Below, piece by piece: positions 37,228 to 45,586 of a DNA stretch of 64,000 nucleotides. The translations under genes were made by a program, and so were the position numbers. The first letter of the stretch is position 1. The number at the start of each line of letters is the position of its first letter. The DNA comes from an uncultured Chryseobacterium sp. (lineage in GTDB: Bacteria > Bacteroidota > Bacteroidia > UBA10329), in contig CAYWET010000003.1 in NCBI GenBank assembly GCA_964457245.1, positions 77,006 to 141,005 on the forward strand. The letters are read 5' to 3'. Below the pieces are notes generated by a model, which ran no database searches, was not told the DNA's origin, and was given only the letters and a program-made list of their open reading frames with translations.

Positions 37228-38721
37228 ATGCGCATAAAGCTCTCGGAGGAAGTGTTTAAACTGATTCAAAGTCTTTCTAAAACAGAGAAGGCTTATCTGA
37301 AGAAGTCAACCCTTACAAGGTCGTCAAGTCAATTGTCGGATGCTTTTGACATCATCAACAGCTTTGATGATTTTGATGAAAACGCCACTGCCGAGAAACT
37401 TCGTACCAAAGGACATGAACCAAGGGTTATTTACAAACGGTTGCTACCCGTTCTTCTGAAGTCGCTCAACCAATACCATTCTGGTAGCACTTCAGAAATA
37501 CAGGCGCAGGAAATGGTCATCACTTCTCGGATTCTTTTGGACAAGAACTTGGCAAGTCTCGCCTTAAATCAAATGGAGAAGGGTATTTCTCTGGCCAAAG
37601 AAGAGCAACATCTGCCTGCGTTGGTGAAGCTCATTAACTTGAAACAGACTGCCAATACCTCAAAGTACTCACCGTCCACAAATGATGATGACGAAAATTA
37701 TCAGCAGGCTTTGGAGGCCATTGGTCATTTGGAACAACAGATACATTATGAGCACCTGTACAGAAGACTAATTGGTCTTACGCAAACTTCAGACACATCT
37801 AAAGCAAACAGGTTAAAAACCATCAGTGAAATACTTGAGCATTCTGCCATGCAGCGTTCTGTAGAAGATTCGCCACAAAACTTTTTAACCAAAAACAGAA
37901 TCTGCGCGGTTGCCAACTTCTATGTCGGAAGATGGGAAGATGCGTTGAGCAATTGCAAGGAACTGCTGAAACGGGTTCCAGAATTTCAAAGTGGCGAACA
38001 TTCGATAAACATGACCCGCATCTCGCTACTGTTGAACACAGCCCATATGCATTGGGCAACCTACAACGGCCCAGCGTTCATTGAAACTCGAAAACTAATT
38101 GACGAAGCAGAACCGTTCCTTTCAGAACTTCCAGAAAGGAATCTGGCAAAAGTATGTACGGGAATTCGGGCCGCAGATCAGGCTCATGCCATTTCATCAG
38201 GAACCTTAGAGCGTTCGGTTGACATCGGTATGCAGATAATAGAAGGAACCAAAGCTCTTTCGGCACCTGTTGACATAAAGACCGCCATGCTGGGTATTGT
38301 ACTGGTTCAGTTTTTAAGAGGTGACTATCAGAAAGCACTCCAGTACATCAATACCACGTTCCTTACGCATGAGAGCACTTACCTGAACGACCATATTCGA
38401 TGGTTGGAATTGCTGTGCGTTTTCTATGGAGATGATTCAACCCTGTTTGAAGCCAAATGGCGCTCTTTGAATCGCCATCTCAAAAAGGTTGAGTCAGGTT
38501 ATGATTGGGAAGAGCTGATTCTGAAAGCTCTAAAAAAGGCTTACGGTAAGCCTAAGGCAGAGCAACAGAGTGTTATGTCCAGGCTACATCAAGACCTAAT
38601 TCCATTACAAGAGGAGATCAGAACAAGAATGCCTGGGGTTTTTGATTTTGTCGTTTGGGCGGAAAGCGTTGCCGTTGGTAGGCCGATGATCTTGCAGATA
38701 AAAGAAAAGTATTTGAAATAA
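37228..38721 (+). CDS. Hypothetical all-helical (TPR-like) cytoplasmic protein, divergent from the fibre genes
   Basis: 497-aa ORF with no signal peptide or TM helix. It shows the helical repeat character of scaffold or regulatory proteins. No catalytic motifs recognised. Confidence 0.6.
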   Translation: MRIKLSEEVFKLIQSLSKTEKAYLKKSTLTRSSSQLSDAFDIINSFDDFDENATAEKLRTKGHEPRVIYKRLLPVLLKSLNQYHSGSTSEIQAQEMVITSRILLDKNLASLALNQMEKGISLAKEEQHLPALVKLINLKQTANTSKYSPSTNDDDENYQQALEAIGHLEQQIHYEHLYRRLIGLTQTSDTSKANRLKTISEILEHSAMQRSVEDSPQNFLTKNRICAVANFYVGRWEDALSNCKELLKRVPEFQSGEHSINMTRISLLLNTAHMHWATYNGPAFIETRKLIDEAEPFLSELPERNLAKVCTGIRAADQAHAISSGTLERSVDIGMQIIEGTKALSAPVDIKTAMLGIVLVQFLRGDYQKALQYINTTFLTHESTYLNDHIRWLELLCVFYGDDSTLFEAKWRSLNRHLKKVESGYDWEELILKALKKAYGKPKAEQQSVMSRLHQDLIPLQEEIRTRMPGVFDFVVWAESVAVGRPMILQIKEKYLK

Positions 38722-38855
38722 TTTTTTCTACTAACATTAGTAAACCACGGCTTTCCCTTTGACCATTCACCTCTTCGCATTGATGGTTCGCTTTTGATTA
38801 CAACATAGATACCAAGTGGTTTTGTGCTCCTGACGCAGATAAGGTAAGCCCACAG

Positions 38856-38882
38856 AAAACCCAGCATCTGCGGGGTTTTTTA
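38856..38882 (+). terminator. Probable rho-independent terminator
   Basis: AAAACCCAGCA tc TGCGGGGTTTT is a hairpin with one mismatch, followed by a T-run. Confidence 0.45.
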
Positions 38883-38914
38883 TTTCCTTTACAATGAACT
38901 CACAAATCAAAAAC

Positions 38915-39574
38915 ATGAAAAAGCTAGTCGTTGTCTTTTTTCTCTCTCCTTTTTTCTCCTTTGGCCAAACACCAATAACGGTAACCGAAAAAATGGAGGC
39001 AATTGATGGCAAGAGCCGAAACAGCCTAACGGTTGTGATCAAAGACGCTAACACCGATGACGTGAAGAAAGCGTGGAAGAAAAAGCTGAAGGACCTGAAA
39101 GGAAAGGTATCCGATAAGACCATCATTTTTGGTGATGATTGCCAGGCTAAATCTATGGGAGACAATACATTCGATGTTTACTCTGTAGTGGAAGAGGCAA
39201 CCGATGAAGGCGTGAAGTTGGTGGTGGCATTCGATCTTGGAGGCGCATATCTGAGCACCTCTGATCACCCAGATAAATATCCGGCTGCAGAAGCCATTGT
39301 GAAGGGGTTTGCAGTAGAGCAGGCAAAAGAGGCCGTTAATGTAGAGATTGCAGCAACGGGCAAGGTCCTGAAGGATTTTGAAAAGGAACTAAGCGGTTTG
39401 GAAAAGGACAAGTCCAAATTGGAGAAGGACATAGAGGACTACAAGAAGAAAATTGAAGAGGCCAAAGCAGATATTGAGAAGAATGTTGCTGCCCAAGCGA
39501 ACAAAAAGACGGAGATCGAAGGGTTAAAAGCCGCTGTAATCGACCTTGAAAAGAAGGTAAAGTCAATCCGTTAA
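38915..39574 (+). CDS. Secreted protein with a C-terminal coiled coil
   Basis: MKKLVVVFFLSPFFSFGQ signal peptide and a Lys/Glu-rich heptad C-terminus (LEKDKSKLEKDIEDYKKKIEEAKADIEKN). Preferred over the overlapping antisense ORF 38767-39165. Confidence 0.6.
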   Translation: MKKLVVVFFLSPFFSFGQTPITVTEKMEAIDGKSRNSLTVVIKDANTDDVKKAWKKKLKDLKGKVSDKTIIFGDDCQAKSMGDNTFDVYSVVEEATDEGVKLVVAFDLGGAYLSTSDHPDKYPAAEAIVKGFAVEQAKEAVNVEIAATGKVLKDFEKELSGLEKDKSKLEKDIEDYKKKIEEAKADIEKNVAAQANKKTEIEGLKAAVIDLEKKVKSIR

Positions 39575-39586
39575 GCTTTACCGACA

Positions 39587-40393
39587 ATGAAAAGGCCTGT
39601 AAGCGTCTTTCTTCTGCTAATCGCGTCTGTGACCTCGGTTTGGCCGCAGAATGAAAGTCCTTACAACTTCAACTGGAAGCGTGAGCTCGTTAATGCTTCC
39701 GCAACCGGCTTAGTTGCCGCTGGTGGAATTGTGGCCCGGTTGCAAACCACTGGTTTGACGCCTTCTCAGGTCAATTCGCTGGATTCTTATGAGATTCCTG
39801 GCTTCGATCGTCCGATTATCAAAAAATGGAATCCGGACGCGGCATTGGCCAGTGACATTTTCCTTTATGGTTCGTTTACGCTTCCTGCGTTTATGATGCT
39901 AAACAAGCGGGCTCGGAAAGATTTCCTCGTGGTGGGATTCATCTATGCGGAAACAGCATTGCTAACACTAGGACTAACGGAACTGACCAAAGGTCTTTCT
40001 AAACGCGCCAGGCCATACGCTTACAACCCTGATGTGGAAATGCATTACAAGACCGATAGAGATGCCCGACTTTCGTTTTTCTCGGGGCACACGTCTATAA
40101 CCGCTGCGCTTTGCTTTACTACCGCCAAGCTTTTCTCAGATTACTCTGATAATTCAACCCACGAAGCACTGGTTTGGACGGCCGCAGCGGTACTTCCACT
40201 TGCTACTGCGTTCTTGCGCGTTGAGGCTGGAAAACACTTTCCTTCCGATGTTATTGGCGGGTATTTGATCGGTGGCGCTGTTGGGTACCTGATCCCTTGG
40301 TTACACAAGAAGAAGCCGCTTACCAAAGGCATGTCCTTAAGTCCAGTTGGACTTGAGGGTGGTGCTGGACTTTACTTTAGCTACAGGCTTTAG
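39587..40393 (+). CDS. PAP2-family phosphatase
   Basis: KRARPY, FFSGHTS and RVEAGKHFPSDV give the three PAP2 motifs (KX6RP, SGH, SRX5HX3D-like). Confidence 0.85.
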   Translation: MKRPVSVFLLLIASVTSVWPQNESPYNFNWKRELVNASATGLVAAGGIVARLQTTGLTPSQVNSLDSYEIPGFDRPIIKKWNPDAALASDIFLYGSFTLPAFMMLNKRARKDFLVVGFIYAETALLTLGLTELTKGLSKRARPYAYNPDVEMHYKTDRDARLSFFSGHTSITAALCFTTAKLFSDYSDNSTHEALVWTAAAVLPLATAFLRVEAGKHFPSDVIGGYLIGGAVGYLIPWLHKKKPLTKGMSLSPVGLEGGAGLYFSYRL

Positions 40394-41325
40394 CGGTCGT
40401 ACTGACCCAAAAGCTGCATCAACTCATTCAGTTTAGGAGAAAGCACAAGTTCCGTTCTACGGTTTGTTGCTCTTCCCTCTTTCGTAGCGTTAGTTGCCTT
40501 GGGCGTGAACTCTCCTTTTCCAGAAGCAGTCAGTCTATCTGGTTCTACTCCGTTAGTGGTCAGTATGCGAACTACCGAAGTTGCACGCGCCACGCTCAGG
40601 TCCCAGTTGTCTTTAAATCGATTGGTATTGATAGGAATGCTGTCTGTGTGGCCTTCAATGGCCATTCCAATGTCGAGGTTCTTCTTCATTACCTCCGCAA
40701 TTTTTGTCAGCGCTTCTTGCCCCTTTGGCTCCACCGCATCACTACCTGATTTGAAGAGCAGTTTATCACTCATCGAAACATAAACCTTTCCATCGCGCAT
40801 CTCAACACTCAACTCATCGGCATCAAAACCCATCAAGGCCTTTTTCACACGGTCCGAAAGCGCGGTCATCAACTCGTCTTGCTTCTTAATGATCTCTTCC
40901 AGCATCTTCAAGCGCTCTTCCCTGTTCTTAAGTAGTTCTTCTTTTTCGTCCAGCTCTTTCTGCTTAGCGGCAAGGTCGCTGCTAAGACCGGCCACTTGCG
41001 CTCCCGAAGACTTTCTTAAGTCATCGAACTTCACTTGAGAATCTTTTAGGTCTTCAGAAAGATTTTCAGCTTGAGTTCTTGCCGCTTTTAGGTCATCCTT
41101 TGTAGCTGCTAGGTCTTTTTCCGTTTGCTCCAGAACACCTTCTAGCTCAGACGTTCTTTCGCAAAGCGAATCACGCTCATGGAACGCTTCTTTGAACTTT
41201 TTCGATTGGAAGAATTCCTGCGTGGGCGTGTATGCTTCACCACATGGTTTAACCGAAGCACAAGACGAAATGAGCAAGGCCCCCGCCAGCCACAACAGTA
41301 CACTTTGAGCCGTATTAGATTTCAT
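40390..41325 (-). CDS. OmpA/MotB-family lipoprotein with an N-terminal coiled coil
   Basis: Lipobox LISSC and a long coiled coil. OmpA-like C-terminus IEGHTDSIPI...NWDLSVARATSV...NRRTELVLSP. Confidence 0.85.
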   Translation of the reverse strand: MKSNTAQSVLLWLAGALLISSCASVKPCGEAYTPTQEFFQSKKFKEAFHERDSLCERTSELEGVLEQTEKDLAATKDDLKAARTQAENLSEDLKDSQVKFDDLRKSSGAQVAGLSSDLAAKQKELDEKEELLKNREERLKMLEEIIKKQDELMTALSDRVKKALMGFDADELSVEMRDGKVYVSMSDKLLFKSGSDAVEPKGQEALTKIAEVMKKNLDIGMAIEGHTDSIPINTNRFKDNWDLSVARATSVVRILTTNGVEPDRLTASGKGEFTPKATNATKEGRATNRRTELVLSPKLNELMQLLGQYDR

Positions 41326-41518
41326 ATTTTCATGTTTAACGATTCAAAACTATCTCATACCCTTGCTTCGAAATTGACATCATTGAAATGTTATTCACCA
41401 TATATGTTTCATTAATTCTGGACAACAATTATCAAATCCCGTGAGGGTCTATTTCGTACTTTGCATTGAACAACCCCACATTTAAACGTTCGTCATACGT
41501 TTGCTTGCACCCCTTAAC

Positions 41519-44500
41519 ATGATACGCTTGAAGCGGTTTCTTTTGGCAATTTTCGCACTGTGCACTCTTGCTGGTAAAGCACAGGAATGTGGTATTATTT
41601 ACATCTCGCCAAGTGGTGCTTCAAGCGGAACAACCGGAACGCGTTCGAACCCAGCTGAGCTGACTCATGGCCTGAGTTTGTCAAGTGCAACAAATAATGT
41701 GCTTTGGCTGGCCGCAGGGGTTTATACCCTGAATAGCGAGGTCTCCATTCCAAATGATGTTACCATTGAAGGAGGGTTTGACCCGACAACTTGGATAAAA
41801 AGCAATGCTACTCCTACCATTTTAAACCGCACTGCCGTAAATCCGCTTCCAGCTCCTGCAAATGCCCTTGTTGGGTTAGCAGGGCTTAACGCAAGTGGCT
41901 TTATCCTTCAAGACCTTACCATTAATGTTGCTGGTGCCGCAGCTCCAGAAGTTTCATTGTACGGTATTTATTTGGCTGCCTGTTCCAATTACAATATTGT
42001 TCGTTGCGAAGTGACGACAGGACAAGCAGGTCCGGGTCTTGCGGGTACTGCAGGCACCGCTGGCACTGCTGGAACGGCCGGTGCGGCAGGACTTCCTTGG
42101 GGATACGAAAACGCGCCTCCTCCCGGTGGTGCAGGTGGCGTGGGAACATTCAATGGCGGTAATGGTGGGTCTGGAGCAAGACACAGCCCTAATGCCTCGT
42201 CCAATGGTTCAAACGGACAAGGTGGTTGTGGCGGAGCTGGAGGAAACACAGGTGACGGACCACCCTGCGGTTGCGGAATCTTCGGTACAAGCAATAATTC
42301 GGACTGCGGAGGTTCAGCTCCTACAGCGGGACAAACAGGGGGTGTCGGGGCTGCCGGATCAGCTGGTACAGTTGGTGGGCAAGGTACTTACGCGAGTGGT
42401 TACTTCCTTCCTGGTGGAGCAGGTGGCAACGGCACCGATGGTGGAGATGGCTGCGGTGGCGGTGGTGGCGGTGGCGGTGCGGGCAGACAACAGAATGGAA
42501 ATGACGAGGTCGGTGGGTCTGGTGGCGGTGGTGGTGCCGGAGGATCTGGTGGGTCTGGTGGCACGGGTGGGACCGGTGGTGGCGGATCTTTTGCCGTATT
42601 CTTATGGAATAACGGAGCTAACGCGAACATAGTGGATTGTGATTTGAACGCTGGTGCAGGAGGGGCTGGCGGTACCGGTGGAACTGGCGGGGCCGGTGGT
42701 GCGGGTGGAGCAGGAGGTGCTGGTGGACCGGGATTTGGTTGTGGAATAAGCAATGGTGCCCCGGGTGGTAATGGTGGTGCGGGAGGCGATGGTGGTTCTG
42801 GCGGTGCAGGGGCCACGGGGCCAAGTTCTGACCTTGAAGAGCAAGGCGGTGGAACTCCCGTTTCAGCAAATGGAATCGCCAGTGTTCCTGGTAATCCGCC
42901 TGTGATTTCAGTTGACAATTACGGATGTACAAACGCTGACATCATTTTTACGGCCAACGGTTCTGGTTCTTGGGATTTTGGTTCAGGCGCCAACCCTCAA
43001 ACAGGTTCTGGTTCTGGGCCAATTGCGGTAACCTATCCCACAACCGGAAGACGAACCATCACTTTCAGTGGTACTGCATTTACCGATTTCATTGGCATTT
43101 ACAACAATGGCCCAACACTTCCTACAATTACCCCAGCAAACCCTACCGTAGATGCTGGTTGTCCAAATCAATTTAGTACAACACTCATCGGCAGCCAATA
43201 TGACTGGGACTTTGGCCCTGTAGCCTCACCTCCAACTGAATCCGGCCCTGCGGTGACTACAACTTCAGATGTGATTTTCAGTACTCCTGGAACGTATTGG
43301 ATCAAAGTAACCGTATTGACCGACTGCTGTGGTCCTGTAACAGATTCGACACAGGTTACGGTTCAATCAAACGCTTACGATGTGACGCTTACAGCAAGTA
43401 CCACATCCATCTGCGAAGGTGACCCGATAACCTTTACAGCCGACCCGGCTACTTACGATAACTATGAGTTCTTCATTGACGGAGTTTCGGTTCAGAACGG
43501 TGCCTCTAACGTATTCACCAGCGCCACCATTCATCAAGGAGACAGCATTTACGTGGAGGCTTTTATTGGTAGTTGCTTCGCGAATCCGAGTGACACGATT
43601 GTACCAACGGTGAACCCAATTCCTGCCGTAACGCTTACTTCTGATGACCCCGATAATGAAATCTGCGAAGGAGAAACCATAACGTTTACGGCTGCTCCTG
43701 CTGGATACGACAACTACGAATTCTTCAATGGCGGCAACTCTCTTCAAAGCGGAACCAGCGAAATTCTGTTCGGTACAGTTCCTGTGAACAACAGCATTAC
43801 TGTAATTGCCACCGATAACGGCTGCCCAAGTACCGCCAGCCAGCCTATTGTTACTCAGGTTAATCCTCTACCCGTCATTACATTGACAAGTTCTGACCTG
43901 AATGACAGTATTTGCGATGGCGACCAGTTGGTCTTCACCGCTTTACCAATTGGATTGGCCAATTATGAGTTTTTTGAGGGGCTTGCATCGGTTCAATCTA
44001 GTGCTTCCAATATTTATCAGACCAGTTCTTTGGTTTCCGGAACGGATGTTTCGGTTATCGGAACAAGTACGGATGGATGTGTTGGTGCGCCAAGCAACAT
44101 CATTAATACCATCGTCAGCCCTTATCCGAGTGTTACCCTCAGCGCTCCGGTCACTGAAATCTGTGAAGGAGAACCGATCACGTTTACTGCCTCTCCGTCT
44201 GGGCTGGACACCTATGAGTTCTTTGATGGAGCAACCACAGTACAGAATTCTGCTTCCGAAATTTGGTCAACCACAGGACTGGTCAGCGGGAACAGCATTA
44301 CCGTTGAGGGAACTCAGTACGGATGTACAAGTGCCGCAAGCACTCCTGTTTCCATAACGGTAATTACTTCTCCAACCGTTGATCCTGGAAGCGACATCGA
44401 ACTTTGTATAGATGCTCCCGATGAAACATTGACCGGGTTCACGCCAACCGGAGGAACTTGGGCGGGGCCAGGAATCACAAACCCAACAGGTGTGTTCTCG

Positions 44501-45586
44501 CCAGCCTCTTCTGGAGTTGGCTCCTTTACATTATCCTATTCCGCTTCCAACTCGAATTGTACGACCACCGAGACAATCACAGCAATCGTCCACGACCTTC
44601 CAACGGTGGTAGCTGGAACTTATGGTCCAATTTGCGATGGAGAAAGTGTTTCGTTCAACGCTTCTGGAGCCGTAAGTTATTCTTGGGACCCACCAACCGG
44701 ATTGTCCAGCACAACAGTTGGAGACCCCACCGCTTCTCCAACAACAACCACAACATACACGGTCACAGGTACCAATCAATTCGGCTGTGTAAACTCCGAC
44801 CAGACCACTTTGATAATAGAACCCGTTCCAACCGTGGCCTTTTCTGCGCCTGATGTCTGTGTTGGAGATTTTATGGCTTTCGAGAACCTCTCAAATCCCT
44901 CAACAGTTACGTATTTGTGGGACTTTGGAGATGGTCAAAGCTCACGGGATACGACTCCCGTAATTCTTTACCAGGCTGCCGGAACCTATGACGTTACGCT
45001 TCAAGTCACATGGGGAAATTGTTCCGCCCAAACAATCCAGCAGGTTACGGTCAACCCAACGCCAACTTCCTCTTTCCTTGCCATGCCGCGTTCGGTTACT
45101 GCCATTGAACCTTTGGTCAATTTCGAAGACCTAAGTCCTAACGCTGTTTCATGGAATTGGGACTTTGGCGATTTTACTCCCTTCTCGGATGAACAAAACC
45201 CAAGTCACCTCTATGCTGACACTGGGGTAATGGTCATCACCTTGGTGACTGCGAACATGTTCGAATGCAAGGATACAATAACTGATTCCATCTACGTTTC
45301 TCCTGTCACCACACTTTATGTTCCTTCGGCCTTTACGCCAGATAGAGACCGAGTCAATGACCGTTTCCTTGCGTATGGAAAGGATATTTTTTGGTTCGAT
45401 TTCCGTGTTTTCGATAGGTGGGGAAAAGAGCTCTTTTTTACTGATGATATCCTGACGGGTTGGGACGGTACCGACAGTAAAACAGGCCGAGAAGTAAAGG
45501 CAGGACTTTACGTTTATCAGATTCTTTACGAGGATTATCGCGGGCGGCAGTACAAGAAGCTTGGGCGGGTTTCGCTTATCCGTTAA
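41519..45586 (+). CDS. Large T9SS type B (gliding-motility-associated C-terminal domain) secreted protein with a beta-helix N-terminus, Gly-rich region and PKD/Ig-like repeats
   Basis: Signal peptide MIRLKRFLLAIFALCTLAGKAQ. Gly-rich region at 42020-42820. Repeated ICEGxxITFTAxPxxxxNYEFF modules and a PKD-like WDFGDG motif. The C-terminus YVPSAFTPDRDRVNDRF...FDRWGKELF...GWDG...AGLYVYQI is the type B sorting domain. Confidence 0.85.
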   Translation: MIRLKRFLLAIFALCTLAGKAQECGIIYISPSGASSGTTGTRSNPAELTHGLSLSSATNNVLWLAAGVYTLNSEVSIPNDVTIEGGFDPTTWIKSNATPTILNRTAVNPLPAPANALVGLAGLNASGFILQDLTINVAGAAAPEVSLYGIYLAACSNYNIVRCEVTTGQAGPGLAGTAGTAGTAGTAGAAGLPWGYENAPPPGGAGGVGTFNGGNGGSGARHSPNASSNGSNGQGGCGGAGGNTGDGPPCGCGIFGTSNNSDCGGSAPTAGQTGGVGAAGSAGTVGGQGTYASGYFLPGGAGGNGTDGGDGCGGGGGGGGAGRQQNGNDEVGGSGGGGGAGGSGGSGGTGGTGGGGSFAVFLWNNGANANIVDCDLNAGAGGAGGTGGTGGAGGAGGAGGAGGPGFGCGISNGAPGGNGGAGGDGGSGGAGATGPSSDLEEQGGGTPVSANGIASVPGNPPVISVDNYGCTNADIIFTANGSGSWDFGSGANPQTGSGSGPIAVTYPTTGRRTITFSGTAFTDFIGIYNNGPTLPTITPANPTVDAGCPNQFSTTLIGSQYDWDFGPVASPPTESGPAVTTTSDVIFSTPGTYWIKVTVLTDCCGPVTDSTQVTVQSNAYDVTLTASTTSICEGDPITFTADPATYDNYEFFIDGVSVQNGASNVFTSATIHQGDSIYVEAFIGSCFANPSDTIVPTVNPIPAVTLTSDDPDNEICEGETITFTAAPAGYDNYEFFNGGNSLQSGTSEILFGTVPVNNSITVIATDNGCPSTASQPIVTQVNPLPVITLTSSDLNDSICDGDQLVFTALPIGLANYEFFEGLASVQSSASNIYQTSSLVSGTDVSVIGTSTDGCVGAPSNIINTIVSPYPSVTLSAPVTEICEGEPITFTASPSGLDTYEFFDGATTVQNSASEIWSTTGLVSGNSITVEGTQYGCTSAASTPVSITVITSPTVDPGSDIELCIDAPDETLTGFTPTGGTWAGPGITNPTGVFSPASSGVGSFTLSYSASNSNCTTTETITAIVHDLPTVVAGTYGPICDGESVSFNASGAVSYSWDPPTGLSSTTVGDPTASPTTTTTYTVTGTNQFGCVNSDQTTLIIEPVPTVAFSAPDVCVGDFMAFENLSNPSTVTYLWDFGDGQSSRDTTPVILYQAAGTYDVTLQVTWGNCSAQTIQQVTVNPTPTSSFLAMPRSVTAIEPLVNFEDLSPNAVSWNWDFGDFTPFSDEQNPSHLYADTGVMVITLVTANMFECKDTITDSIYVSPVTTLYVPSAFTPDRDRVNDRFLAYGKDIFWFDFRVFDRWGKELFFTDDILTGWDGTDSKTGREVKAGLYVYQILYEDYRGRQYKKLGRVSLIR

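Noticed and set aside
27665-38721. tRNA-Met as an integration site for an island or prophage carrying the fibre genes
   Set aside because: I found no second copy of the tRNA 3' end (ttcgagcccagg...) downstream of the fibre genes, no integrase and no phage structural or replication genes.
38722-38914. Possible small RNA or riboswitch in the 190-nt gap before 38915
   Set aside because: Only a terminator-like hairpin (38856-38882) and a weak 5-bp stem are visible. I recognised no conserved riboswitch core sequence.
38767-39165. 132-aa minus-strand ORF overlapping the start of 38915-39574
   Set aside because: The plus-strand ORF has a canonical signal peptide and a coherent coiled-coil C-terminus. 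The minus-strand product is low-complexity and lacks features.
42400-42918. 172-aa proline-rich ORF (and neighbours 41989-42294, 42602-42844, 42618-42932) on the minus strand
   Set aside because: It is antisense to the GGN-repeat glycine-rich coding region of the T9SS type B protein, and CCN read-through is an expected artefact.
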